Part shown: positions 35,343-45,179 of the stretch, piece after piece
Position numbering within the stretch: the first letter of the stretch is position 1
Layout: each line of letters opens with the position of its first letter
NCBI GenBank assembly: GCA_044351795.1
Contig: JBILFA010000002.1
Location: forward strand, 13,838 to 77,837
Source of the DNA: Bdellovibrionota bacterium
GTDB taxonomy: Bacteria > Bdellovibrionota_C > UBA2361 > OMII01
Direction: 5' to 3'
Length of the DNA stretch: 64,000 nt
The notes under the pieces: model-generated
Databases searched by the model: none
Told to the model about the DNA's origin: nothing
The model's input: the letters and a program-made list of their open reading frames with translations, nothing else
Program-made: the position numbers and the translations under genes

Positions 35343-35675
35343 ATGGCGCGGCTTTCCCGAGACAAGCGTTCCCAGAAAGGTGAGGCGGAGATGATGCTAT
35401 TCGGTATCGTCGTCATCCTCTGCGGCATACTCTCAGGCTCTTTGTGGGTCTTAAACTGGGTAAAAGACAGCAAGAACGCAAAGGTACAAGAGCACATGAA
35501 TGCCCGTTTTAAGCGAGGCACACCAGCTCCTGTCACAATCTCAAAAGACCCGGCCGCCTACTACGCGAATTGCCGGAAGTCTCCAGTTTCACTCATCAGC
35601 ACCACCATCAAGTGCCAAGTCATGGATGAATCCTACGGCGAGCTGTACCTTACGCCGTTCGAAACGATAGAGTAG
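35343..35675 (+). CDS. Small single-pass membrane protein (110 aa), hypothetical
   Basis: The ATG at 35343 follows GAGG at 6 nt. There is one TM segment (MMLFGIVVILCGILSGSLWVLNWV). The 5-prime part of the track ORF overlaps the upstream gene and was trimmed. Confidence 0.45.
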   Translation: MARLSRDKRSQKGEAEMMLFGIVVILCGILSGSLWVLNWVKDSKNAKVQEHMNARFKRGTPAPVTISKDPAAYYANCRKSPVSLISTTIKCQVMDESYGELYLTPFETIE

Positions 35676-35728
35676 AAGCACAATCTTCTTTTGAGGCGAA
35701 CTCGCAGAGCGAGGTTTGTGCACTCCTG

Positions 35729-37162
35729 CTAGAGAGTTTCGGTGAAAGAGCGCAATTCGCCAGCTCCAATATCGAATGCACGCCAGCCCTCGAGGCTGGG
35801 TATAATGACGATATCGTTTGCTGTACGTGCTACACCGATAAAATTGCCCTCTAAATCGACGATCTGATCGCCCTTCAATATCTGTTCACCGAAATCTCCA
35901 GTTCCTCGTAATCCCGCTACCGAGTACCGAAGATTACGTTCTCCCTCTTGAGTCAAGCGATCTCGGGGAAAGAGAAAATGTGTGGTAGCAAGCTCTCGAA
36001 TCTTGTCGCCGAATCCCCGAACGGCCCCTGTACGGACGGCCATCAAGGTTGGCATAAAGGAACGAGCATTCGTCTCGGTGACCGGCAAGGCGGCACCACC
36101 CTCAGCAGGAACGACGATGGCTAGTAACTCAGGCAAAAACGAAGCGCGATAGACGCGAGCCACCGATTGTCCCGAGACGCGGATATCCAGCGACTTCAAC
36201 TCCTGAGGATCGTCGATCCCTGACAAACCGAGGTCCGAAATAGGAGCGAATACCACCTGCTCTTGCCCACTTGCAACGGGCAGCAGCGACAAGACAGTTT
36301 GGTTTTTCGAATCACCCAATAGCGCCCGCCGAGTGACCACCACATCGACCTTGATGATCTTGCGCTCGATGTTACGAGCGAATGCCGTCGTAGCGCTCTG
36401 AGTGATCTTTTGCACCCTCTCGCGCGCCTCCGACCGCTCTACATCCGCCTCTCTCGCTCTGCGTAGCGCTACATCCGCAAGGTTTTTGCCAGCCTCCGCT
36501 TGAGATATAGCCTGAGAGGCGACGGAGAGCGCTTGCTCCCGCGCCTGTCGTGCGCTCTGGGCTTCCGCAAGTGCCCGCTCGCGTTCCACGAGAGCTTCTT
36601 CCGCCTTTCGACGTGCTTCATCAGCGAGCGTCTGCTGGCGTTGTACTTCAGATACGAGTTGCAACGACTTCTGCTCTTCAGCTGCAAGCTGTTTGGCCCG
36701 TTCCTCAGCAGTGCTCCTGTGGCGTTCAAGGTCCAACTCCCGCTCGGCAACTCGAGCAGCCAGTCGCGCCTCCCGCTCCTCGAAGGCTTTACGGGCCTCC
36801 TCCTGTATCTTCTCTAACTGCGCCGCTCTCTCTGTCGAGTCTGCCACGGCTTTCTGAAGCTGCTCTTGACTCTTCTTGGTCGAATCGAAATCCAAATCCG
36901 TTTTGCGCTTCTCGGATTCAATGCGCTGTTTGTCGCTCATTAAGGCTGCCAATTTTTTGCGCAAATCAACAGCTTCGCGTTCCTTCGCTTCGAGAGCAGC
37001 CAAACGGCCCTCATCCTGCTTCTCAAGCAGCTCCTTGGATTCCTTGAGCTGAATGAAATCCTGGACCGTCAGTGCACTGACAGGCCGCGCCTCAACTTCT
37101 GCCAGAGCAGTAAGGTACAAAAGCAGGAAAATGTCACACATGCCCACGAGAAACATCCGCAT
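35729..37162 (-). CDS. Membrane-anchored coiled-coil protein: ExbD/TolR/MotB-like Asp-containing N-terminal TM, about 240 aa of coiled coil, and a C-terminal degenerate trypsin-like (?) domain
   Basis: The N-terminus MRMFLVGMCDIFLLLYLTAL resembles the ExbD/TolR TM (tPfIDVmLVLLIIFM), with the Asp at the same relative position. Residues ~35-260 are E/R/K/A/Q-rich heptads. The C-terminal ~215 aa show a Trypsin_2-like pattern without the catalytic residues (ELLAIVVP in place of DLALLKV; GTGDFGEQ...VDLEGNFIGVA in place of GNSGGPL.d..G.viGi). The start lies 9 nt after the upstream gene's stop. Confidence 0.5.
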   Translation of the reverse strand: MRMFLVGMCDIFLLLYLTALAEVEARPVSALTVQDFIQLKESKELLEKQDEGRLAALEAKEREAVDLRKKLAALMSDKQRIESEKRKTDLDFDSTKKSQEQLQKAVADSTERAAQLEKIQEEARKAFEEREARLAARVAERELDLERHRSTAEERAKQLAAEEQKSLQLVSEVQRQQTLADEARRKAEEALVERERALAEAQSARQAREQALSVASQAISQAEAGKNLADVALRRAREADVERSEARERVQKITQSATTAFARNIERKIIKVDVVVTRRALLGDSKNQTVLSLLPVASGQEQVVFAPISDLGLSGIDDPQELKSLDIRVSGQSVARVYRASFLPELLAIVVPAEGGAALPVTETNARSFMPTLMAVRTGAVRGFGDKIRELATTHFLFPRDRLTQEGERNLRYSVAGLRGTGDFGEQILKGDQIVDLEGNFIGVARTANDIVIIPSLEGWRAFDIGAGELRSFTETL

Positions 37163-37171
37163 CGCTTCGAT

Positions 37172-37690
37172 CTACTCCTCGGAAGAGCCTCGATACTCAG
37201 GCATGGGTAGCAGAATAGTCAGCTTTCCCATTACATGCAGAAGGATCCCGCTCATTGTCGTAACATAAGCCAATGGAGCGACCAGAGAGCCTGCTATGAA
37301 TTGGGTGAGACACACGCCGAGTAACGTACCAAAGAGCCCCAGATACATCGGGATCTCCACGAGAAACTGGACAATCTTGAGATCTTCCTTTCTTCGTCCG
37401 GCGTTACTAGCCCTACGCACGGCAAACAGCAATGCAACGACTTGTAATGCAGCGACGGCACCGACATGGGCGAATAGCCAACCGGGAACCGTAGAGAAAG
37501 AGAACTGTTTCGGAGGGGTCTCAGACGTCTCTGCCAGAAGGTGACTTTGATGTGATGGAGGAGCAGGCCTTTCACCGTCGTCATGTCGGACGGTCAGCAC
37601 GGCCGTGACTCCCAGAATAGAGACCAGAAGCACTAGCAGAAGCAGCACCAACGGAATATGAGAACGAGTTGCGGAGTAGCGGTTCGGCAT
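37172..37690 (-). CDS. Minimal MotA/TolQ/ExbB-family-like membrane protein (4 predicted TM)
   Basis: IPMYLGLFGTLLGVCLTQF matches the family hallmark aPllGLlGTviGmi.aF. The following LVAPLAYVTTMSGILLHVMG matches la.gi.eALvtTa.GL..Aip. The ATG at 37690 is preceded by AGAGGA at 4 nt; the track ORF starts at a TTG at 37804. Confidence 0.5.
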   Translation of the reverse strand: MPNRYSATRSHIPLVLLLLVLLVSILGVTAVLTVRHDDGERPAPPSHQSHLLAETSETPPKQFSFSTVPGWLFAHVGAVAALQVVALLFAVRRASNAGRRKEDLKIVQFLVEIPMYLGLFGTLLGVCLTQFIAGSLVAPLAYVTTMSGILLHVMGKLTILLPMPEYRGSSEE

Positions 37691-37880
37691 GACATCCTCT
37701 CGAGAATCCAAGAGGATCTTCTCCCCTCGACTCTCAAGTTGTACCTCGTTTTGCGAGTAAAGCACCACGCCCGGTACAAGGCCCTCTGGAAAGACCGTGA
37801 CCAAAAGCGCCTAGAACTATCCTCGGCCCTGCGTACGCTCTGACAGAGCAGGTCGTTGTCCCGATAATTCTCGATGAGAG

Positions 37881-38120
37881 CTATTTCTTTCGCGAATCCT
37901 CTTCTGCCGCATGCAGGGGATACTCGGCGACATGTCCAAGCGTCGGATCGTAAGCAGCGTCCATAACAGGTTCGACATCGACGGGCTCTAACAACAACAT
38001 TACAAAGGGTAGGCAGCTCATGTCGACTACGGCTATATGTCCACGACTCTCTCGATATGAATTGATGAGCCACTGAAAATCCGGATCCGATAGTTCATGC
38101 GGATAAATCGGTCTTGCCAT
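37881..38120 (-). CDS. Small acidic hypothetical protein (79 aa), first gene of the putative three-gene module
   Basis: A strong Shine-Dalgarno AAGGAGGAG lies 7 nt before the ATG. No family was recognised. Confidence 0.55.
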   Translation of the reverse strand: MARPIYPHELSDPDFQWLINSYRESRGHIAVVDMSCLPFVMLLLEPVDVEPVMDAAYDPTLGHVAEYPLHAAEEDSRKK

Positions 38121-38587
38121 CAGTTACTCCTCCTTGAGTAAAAAGCTTGTGCACCAGGATAGTGGCCAAAAAACTGTGGTAAAAACCTGGTTTTGCAACA
38201 TCATCTCGCCCTCCTTTACGCATCGCCTAATGCCGACACGCGAGCCTTCAACCTACCTCGAATGTTCAGTCAGGTGGGCCGTGCGGAGTAGTTTGCAGAG
38301 CGCTCAAGAAGTCACCTGTTCCGTGGCGACTATCTCGACGTCTCCCTTATAAAGAACAAGTCGGTGCTCCGGCTTTGCAACTTTAGCATCAAAATACCCT
38401 TACACTTGTCGATGCATGCCTATAACCAATTGACTTTACTGTATAAATGCATTAACTTAGCACCACTATTGAAAAGTTGCCGCTGAAAATCCACCAATGC
38501 TTCCACCATCTTCATTAGCAACCGCCGTTTACTTTTACGCGTACGGCTTGTGCGGCTTTAAGCTCTTCAGTTTCCCCGCTCAAGCGC

Positions 38588-40072
38588 TTGAGAAATCGCC
38601 CTAAGCCCCGTAAACTGCCCTGCAATGGCCGGAAGGTCGTAAATGTTGCTTTTCTGGATGAGTTTCCAAAGGCCCGGAAATATGAACCGTCGGCCCAGGG
38701 AGCAACGAGCAGGCCTGTTGGGCCTGCTAAAGTCGTGACAGTCGTTGATAGCCGTATAGAACCCATTCTCATGCCCGCGCCAGAGCAACCCTCAATCAAA
38801 AGTATCGTCGAACATCCTGTTGTTAAAGTGTACGGTCCCACTGAGCACGCTCTCAGAAAGGACGAAGTCGATGACGACGCCCGCAAGGTTGTGTACCGCC
38901 TACAACGTGCCGGTTTCAAAGCTTACATAGTAGGAGGCGGGGTGCGAGATCTCTTGCTTGGTAAGCAGCCCAAAGATTTCGATATCTCCACAGATGCCAC
39001 TCCACGAGAGATAAAGGCCCTTTTTCGAAACTGCAGGATTATCGGACGACGCTTCAAGCTTGCTCATGTGTATTTCGCCCACGGCAAAGCGCTCGAGGTG
39101 TCTACATTTCGCGATGTCGCCGACACACCTGAGCCCGCCGAAGGGGAAGAGCATATTCAGAGTCCTACGGCGAGAGATAACGTATACGGTACGGAAGCTA
39201 CCGACGCAGTTCGCAGAGATATAACTATCAACGGTTTATTTCTCGACGTATCGACGATGGAGATCATCGACTATATCGGTGGTATGGATGACCTCAAGCA
39301 TGGCGTTATCAAGGTAATTGGAGAGCCGGAGGTTCGCTTCAAAGAGGATCCTGTAAGGATGATTCGAGTCGTCCGACACTCCGCGCGTAACGGCTTTCGC
39401 ATTGACCCGCTCTGTTGGGAATCGATCGTGCAGAACGCCGAGCTCATCACTCAGAGTTCGCAGGTCAGGGTGTTCGACGAGATAAAGAAAGATTTTTCGT
39501 CCGGCTGTTTTCTTACAATCCTTTCGCTTCTCGGGGAAACAGGACTACTCGAATTCCTACTTCCCGAGCTGCTTGAAAACAACGCTCGACTACTCTCGGG
39601 CGAGAGCGACTTTAGCCGCTGTCTCGAAAAGCTCGACGACCTGGCAGCACAGGGCGAAGATATCTCTCCAACTGTCGGACTCACGATTATCGCCATGTTC
39701 ACAGCGGGAGACTCTATATGGTTGAAGGATCTGGCCGAAACACTGCCAAACGCTCCTGATCTGATCGAACGCTTGAGTGCGTGCTTCACCAGACTTACCG
39801 TTCCTCGCAAAGAGCGGGAAAAGATCCAAATGCTGCTCTCTCTCTGGGCCCGCGTGCGCTCTACTCCGTTTCGTAACTTCAAACCCGGTATGTACAAACG
39901 CTCATCGCTGCTACACGAACTGATAACGCTCCTTGAAATCTCTCTTCTTTCTCGCGAAGACGAGCAGCGACTCAACCTGTTGCGACCCTTGCTTCACTCT
40001 GAAGACAATAGCGCAGAACACAGCGAGCAAGACGAACCTCGGGATCGAAGGCGATCTCGTCGAAGACGGTAA
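38588..40072 (+). CDS. pcnB: Poly(A) polymerase I
   Basis: [66 protein letters not shown] is nearly collinear with E. coli PcnB ([66 protein letters not shown]). The C-terminal tail is basic. The start is uncertain: TTG at 38588 in the track, first ATG at 38771. Confidence 0.85.
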   Translation: [494 protein letters not shown]

Positions 40073-40076
40073 TTGG

Positions 40077-40802
40077 ATGAACATTCTAGAAACCCACAAC
40101 GTCACGAAAAAGTACGGTGGTAGGAAGGTCGTTGACGGCGTTTCTATATCAGTCAAGGCGGGAGAGATCGTCGGACTACTCGGGCCGAACGGCGCCGGGA
40201 AAACGACGACATTTTACATGTGTGTCGGCCTGGCAGCGCCCGATACGGGTCGGGTATCGCTGAGCGACATCGATATTACGCGCGAGCCGATGTTCGCTCG
40301 AGCACGACTCGGCATCGGGTACCTACCTCAGGAAGCCTCTGTATTCCGCAAACTCTCGGTACGGGAAAACGTCATGGCGATACTCGAGACCATGGATTTC
40401 CCCACTGCAAAAGCAAGAGAGGAGCGACTCATAGAGCTTCTGGAAGAACTGGGCATTCGAGGATTAAGCGACAACCTGGCCAGCTCCCTGTCCGGCGGTG
40501 AGCGGCGCCGGGTCGAAATCACGCGCTGCCTTGCGCGTAACCCACGATTTATCCTTCTCGATGAGCCATTCGCAGGAATCGATCCGCTAGCGATCAAGGA
40601 TATTCAAGGCATAATATCGAAGCTCCAGGACAAAGGAATCGGGGTTCTCATAACTGATCATAACGTTCGAGAAACACTAGGTATTTGTTCCTCAGCTTAT
40701 ATATTGGTCGACGGTAAAGTATTGGAACGAGGCACCCCTGAGCAGATAGCTTCCTCAGAGAAGGCGAGACGATATTACCTCGGCGGTGACTTTCAGTTGT
40801 AA
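40077..40802 (+). CDS. lptB: LPS export ABC transporter ATP-binding protein LptB
   Basis: KKYGGRKVVDGVSISVKAGEIVGLLGPNGAGKTTTFYM, LSGGERRRVEI, ILLDEPFAGIDP, ITDHNVRETL. It lies immediately upstream of rpoN, as in many proteobacteria. The ATG at 40077 is 4 nt after the pcnB stop. Confidence 0.85.
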   Translation: MNILETHNVTKKYGGRKVVDGVSISVKAGEIVGLLGPNGAGKTTTFYMCVGLAAPDTGRVSLSDIDITREPMFARARLGIGYLPQEASVFRKLSVRENVMAILETMDFPTAKAREERLIELLEELGIRGLSDNLASSLSGGERRRVEITRCLARNPRFILLDEPFAGIDPLAIKDIQGIISKLQDKGIGVLITDHNVRETLGICSSAYILVDGKVLERGTPEQIASSEKARRYYLGGDFQL

Positions 40803-40883
40803 CCATTCCACCCACTTTGGTCATCTATAAAACGATAGAGTGTTTTACGATAGCATTCAGAAACGTCGTCGTGGTGTGGGTGT

Positions 40884-42347
40884 ATGGGTTTAGAAACCAA
40901 GCTCGTTCAGAAAATGGGGCAGTCTCTCTTGCTGACTCCCCAACTCCAGCAGGCCATTAAGCTTCTACAGCTTGGTCGACTCGAGTACATGGACGCCATT
41001 GAACGGGAACTCCTTGAAAACCCTGTCCTCGAAGATGTGCGCGAGGAGTTTTTTAATAACAGCATGCCCGCACCGGATCCGACTCCGCTGGAGCCCACCA
41101 TTCTAACCGGCACGTCGACAGCCGAAATCGAGGACACCATCTCAATCTCGGCTACAGGGCCGACGGCTGACTGGGATGATTACATCGACTCCTTCACCGA
41201 CTACCAAGGGTCCGCTTCTGCAAAGGGTGCGGGTGACTTCGAGGATCGACAGCCCCCTGAGGTCGTGTCAACAGTTAACGAGAGCCTCGAACAACACCTG
41301 CTCGAGCAGGTTCGCCTCCATGATTTCTCGGAGCAGGATCGCTACATAGCGCAATATCTGATCGGTAGCCTAAACGACGACGGGTACCTAGTATGTTCTC
41401 ACGAAGAGGTAGCTGCCGCATGCAGCGTCGACGTCGAGGACGTATCTATGATGGCCGACACCATCCGATTCTTCGATCCGGCTGGAGTGTGCACTCGCAA
41501 TCTCCAAGAATGTCTTCTCACCCAACTCGAAGCCAAGGGACTCGCAGATAGACTGGAAACACGCATCATCTCCCAACACATGGACAAGCTCGAAAAGAAG
41601 CGTTTCGACGCGATAGCCAAGGCAGAGGGGGTGGAGATCGAGGAAGTGGTGAGGGCCATGGGGTCAATCCGTACCCTGGACCCCAAGCCGGGTCGCCCCT
41701 TCGCCGGAGAAACCACCCGCTACATAGTGCCGGATGTATACGTCCAGAAGGTTGGGAACGACTACGTCGTTACCATGAACGAAGACGGAATCCCGCGTCT
41801 ACGAATGAATCCGATTTATACCACCATGATCAAGGAAGCCGGACCTTCGGAGGCCTTCAACAAAGCATATCTCACCGAACGAGTGAGAGCTGCAAGCTGG
41901 CTCATAAAGAGCATTCAGCAGCGCCAGCAGACGATCTATCGGGTCGCCGAGAGTATCATGAAGTTTCAGCGCGCTTTTCTGGACCACGGCATCAGCCGAC
42001 TAAAGCCCTTGGTTCTCAAGGAAGTCGCCGATGACATCGGAATGCATGAATCAACGGTGAGCCGAGTAACGAGCGAGAAGTATGTTCACACCCCACGCGG
42101 TGTCTTTGAGCTCAAATTCTTCTTTACCTCAGGAATCAAAACATCAACGGGAGATATCTCGTCGTCATCCGTCAAGGAGCGTATCAAAACGCTAATCGCC
42201 GCCGAATCGAACAAGAATCCCATCAGCGACCAACAGATCGTCGAGATACTTAAGGGTGAAAAGATCGATATTGCGCGGCGTACCGTGGCAAAGTACCGCG
42301 AGACACTTGGAATCCCTTCCTCCTCCCAACGCAAAGCGGCCTTCTGA
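40884..42347 (+). CDS. rpoN: RNA polymerase sigma-54 factor
   Basis: Region I is LLLTPQLQQAIKLLQL. The C-terminus carries the HTH and an RpoN box (ARRTVAKYRETLGIPSS). Confidence 0.95.
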   Translation: MGLETKLVQKMGQSLLLTPQLQQAIKLLQLGRLEYMDAIERELLENPVLEDVREEFFNNSMPAPDPTPLEPTILTGTSTAEIEDTISISATGPTADWDDYIDSFTDYQGSASAKGAGDFEDRQPPEVVSTVNESLEQHLLEQVRLHDFSEQDRYIAQYLIGSLNDDGYLVCSHEEVAAACSVDVEDVSMMADTIRFFDPAGVCTRNLQECLLTQLEAKGLADRLETRIISQHMDKLEKKRFDAIAKAEGVEIEEVVRAMGSIRTLDPKPGRPFAGETTRYIVPDVYVQKVGNDYVVTMNEDGIPRLRMNPIYTTMIKEAGPSEAFNKAYLTERVRAASWLIKSIQQRQQTIYRVAESIMKFQRAFLDHGISRLKPLVLKEVADDIGMHESTVSRVTSEKYVHTPRGVFELKFFFTSGIKTSTGDISSSSVKERIKTLIAAESNKNPISDQQIVEILKGEKIDIARRTVAKYRETLGIPSSSQRKAAF

Positions 42348-42526
42348 GGTCCCACAGTGCGGCCCTGCCTCCTCGACCGAAGCAAACGCCTATCAGAGTA
42401 CCAGTTTCACGCAGATCTTTTCTAAGAGCGCGATAAATATACAGGCCGAGTGAATTAGGTGCTATACTAGGCGTCACAAACGGTCGATTAAAAAAATACA
42501 TCCGAGTATTCAAAAGGAGGGCATAC

Positions 42527-42841
42527 ATGACCGAATCAACTAAGGTTATCAACGTTAGCATCGCGTTTCTCAACATCGACGCCACAGATGCCATCAAGAA
42601 GTATACGACCGATAAGATACGTCACTGCGTCCAGAAGTTTGCTCACCAAGACACCGACGCACACGTTGTTTTAAAAGTAGAGAAAACCAGACAGCTCGCC
42701 GAGGTAACGATGCACCTCTCGGGAGCGGATTTCTTCGTCAAGGAGGAGAGCGAGAACCTCTACGCGTCTATAGATATGGTAGTAGATTCTCTCACTCATC
42801 AATTGCGTAAGCACAAAGAGAAGATTACGAGCCACCATTGA
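42527..42841 (+). CDS. hpf: Ribosome hibernation promoting factor (short HPF/RaiA family)
   Basis: 104 aa with an AAGGAGG Shine-Dalgarno. The position after rpoN is conserved. The pattern is the sigma-54 modulation protein family pattern (I.....L...I..K..K.......V......). Confidence 0.8.
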   Translation: MTESTKVINVSIAFLNIDATDAIKKYTTDKIRHCVQKFAHQDTDAHVVLKVEKTRQLAEVTMHLSGADFFVKEESENLYASIDMVVDSLTHQLRKHKEKITSHH

Positions 42842-43731
42842 GTCTTGTCCTCTCGTTCCAACACATAGACTCGTTGATTATCGTTACCGGTATATCCGGT
42901 GCCGGTAAGTCTACGGCTATGGATTTACTCTCCGACAGTGGATACTACGTAGTTGATAACCTGCCGGTTCCACTGTTGGAGAGTTTTCTCGCATTTTCCA
43001 AGCTTTCAGGTGAACGTTTCAAGCAAACCGCGCTGCTGCTGGACATCGATTCCCAAGAAAGCAGGGCTCAGCTTCTTCCGCTTCTCAAGGAAGGATCCGA
43101 AACACCATCGAATCTGAAGGTCGTGTTTCTCGATGCCGACACCCCGGCTATTGTGCGGCGGTACAGCGAAACACGTCGTCCACATCCTGGATTCGATCCT
43201 TCGAAGGATAAAACTCTAGAGGATACCATTCAACGGGAACGGGCACGGCTTCAGCCAATCAAGGAGATAGCAGACCTTGTGCTGGATACTTCTGCTTTCA
43301 ACGTACACGCTCTCAAGCGAGAACTTCGAGCCTTTCTCTCGACCTTACTCTCGCAGGGGGGGCGAACAATGAGGGTAAACTTCCTCTCCTTTGGCTTCAA
43401 AAGAGGGATTCCGCTCGATTGCGACCTCATCGTAGACGTGAGATTCCTACGAAATCCTCATTTCGTCGAAGAGCTACGAGAAAAAGATGGAAGAGAGTCT
43501 CAGGTCAAGGAGTACGTTTTTCAATCCCCCGACGCACAGGAATTCGTTGAACGCTATGCGGAGCTTCTCAGATTCCTCTTACCAAAATATCAATTTGAAG
43601 GTAAAGCGTATCTAAATGTGGGCATCGGGTGTACCGGTGGTAAGCACCGATCAGTCGCAATCGCGGAATCGTTGAGTAGCGCAGTCGATCCATTGAAGTA
43701 TCTGGTAAGTGTAAAGCATAGAGACATTTAG
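42838..43731 (+). CDS. rapZ: RNase adapter protein RapZ
   Basis: P-loop IIVTGISGAGKSTA; DNLP; C-terminal GIGCTGGKHRSV. The start codon is uncertain: either the TTG at 42838 overlapping the hpf stop, or an in-frame TTG just before IIVTG. Confidence 0.85.
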   Translation: MSLVLSFQHIDSLIIVTGISGAGKSTAMDLLSDSGYYVVDNLPVPLLESFLAFSKLSGERFKQTALLLDIDSQESRAQLLPLLKEGSETPSNLKVVFLDADTPAIVRRYSETRRPHPGFDPSKDKTLEDTIQRERARLQPIKEIADLVLDTSAFNVHALKRELRAFLSTLLSQGGRTMRVNFLSFGFKRGIPLDCDLIVDVRFLRNPHFVEELREKDGRESQVKEYVFQSPDAQEFVERYAELLRFLLPKYQFEGKAYLNVGIGCTGGKHRSVAIAESLSSAVDPLKYLVSVKHRDI

Positions 43732-43908
43732 ACTTCGCTCAAAGCTCCCACATTTGGATATTGTTTCGTCGTTATATTACGGCGTATTCTAAAATAGAGG
43801 GCTGTGTCGTACAGCATCCTGTACATAATTCATCGAAGTAGGCACGTAACGACTGCCCCACCTCATGCTTCGAATAACTTGAGATTAGTTTGCAAGGAGA
43901 GCATACTC

Positions 43909-45081
43909 ATGAGTTCGAAAGATCACCTCTTTACCTCCGAATCAGTTGCCGAAGGACACCCCGACAAAATAGCGGATCAAGTAAGCGACGCCGTACTAGA
44001 CGAATTTCTGCGTAACGACCCGAAAGCTCGGGTCGCGTGCGAAACATTGGTCAAGAACGATGTCGTAATCCTGGCGGGTGAAATCACGTCCAAGGAGATC
44101 GTCAATTACGAAAAGCTGGTTCGCGACGTGGTGAAGGACATCGGCTACGACGATCCTCGCCTGGGGTTTGATGCCGCCGGGTGCTCAGTGATGACCTTTA
44201 TCAGCCAGCAGTCACAAGACATAAGCATGGGAGTAAACGAAGATGAGGGATTATTCAGAGAACAGGGCGCCGGAGACCAGGGGCTCATGTTCGGTTTCGC
44301 GTGCGACGAAACTGCTGAGCTCATGCCTCTCCCTATCTCACTATCGCATCAACTCATGAAGGCACTAGCCAAGGCGCGTAGGAGTGACCCTAACTCCTTC
44401 CTCAAGCCGGACGCAAAGAGTCAAGTGACGGTCGAGTACAGAGACGGGCGACCTCACGCCATTCATACGATCGTGCTATCCACTCAACACAGTGAGGACG
44501 CTTCTCTCAAGGCGGTGGAGGAATACGTTATCGAAAGTGTGGTGAAGAAGGTCATCCCCGAAAAGTACTTAACAAACAAAACTAAATATTTAATCAACCC
44601 AACAGGTCGGTTCGTGATCGGTGGGCCGGTTGGAGATTGCGGTCTCACAGGACGCAAAATCATCGTGGATACCTACGGTGGATACAGCAGACACGGTGGA
44701 GGAGCGTTCTCTGGAAAAGATCCATCCAAGGTTGATCGCTCAGCAGCATATGCCGCGCGCTATATCGCCAAGAACGTGGTAGCGGCAGGTCTGGCCCGAA
44801 AATGTGAGGTACAGGTTGCCTACGCGATCGGCGTAGCTAAGCCGGTCTCAGTATACGTGAACACCTTCGATACGGGGACAGTGGCAGAAGACAAGATCTC
44901 AGCGGCAGTTCAAGAGCTGTTCGATTTGACTCCGAGAGGAATCATTCACAGCCTCAATCTGCTCAAACCTATCTATCGTGCCACCGCAAGCTACGGGCAC
45001 TTCGGTCGAGATCCAGGCAGTGACGGAAGCTTTTCATGGGAACAGACAGACAAAGCCGAGGGTCTCAAGGCAAGCGTGTAG
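43909..45081 (+). CDS. metK: S-adenosylmethionine synthase
   Basis: [68 protein letters not shown]. The AAGGAGA Shine-Dalgarno precedes the ATG at 43909. Confidence 0.95.
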   Translation: MSSKDHLFTSESVAEGHPDKIADQVSDAVLDEFLRNDPKARVACETLVKNDVVILAGEITSKEIVNYEKLVRDVVKDIGYDDPRLGFDAAGCSVMTFISQQSQDISMGVNEDEGLFREQGAGDQGLMFGFACDETAELMPLPISLSHQLMKALAKARRSDPNSFLKPDAKSQVTVEYRDGRPHAIHTIVLSTQHSEDASLKAVEEYVIESVVKKVIPEKYLTNKTKYLINPTGRFVIGGPVGDCGLTGRKIIVDTYGGYSRHGGGAFSGKDPSKVDRSAAYAARYIAKNVVAAGLARKCEVQVAYAIGVAKPVSVYVNTFDTGTVAEDKISAAVQELFDLTPRGIIHSLNLLKPIYRATASYGHFGRDPGSDGSFSWEQTDKAEGLKASV

Positions 45082-45179
45082 CTGCGTGTAGCTGCGTGCC
45101 ACGTCGTCGTCAGATGGCGTGGCATCCCCCCTGACTATGGCCCATTTAACGAACCTGAACATCGAGATAGCGATAGCTT

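Noticed and set aside
43732-43908. Possible SAM riboswitch in the 177-nt leader of metK
   Set aside because: I could not recognise SAM-I, SAM-II or SAM-V consensus elements by eye. Only a small GTACAG/CTGTAC hairpin is present. An Infernal/Rfam scan is needed before any claim.
45075-45098. Direct 10-bp tandem duplication (CGTGTAGCTG x2 plus a partial third) spanning the metK stop codon, followed by a short GCCACG/CGTGGC hairpin
   Set aside because: It is a real sequence feature but too short to interpret. It is probably a slippage duplication in a convergent intergenic region and has no convincing terminator U-tract.
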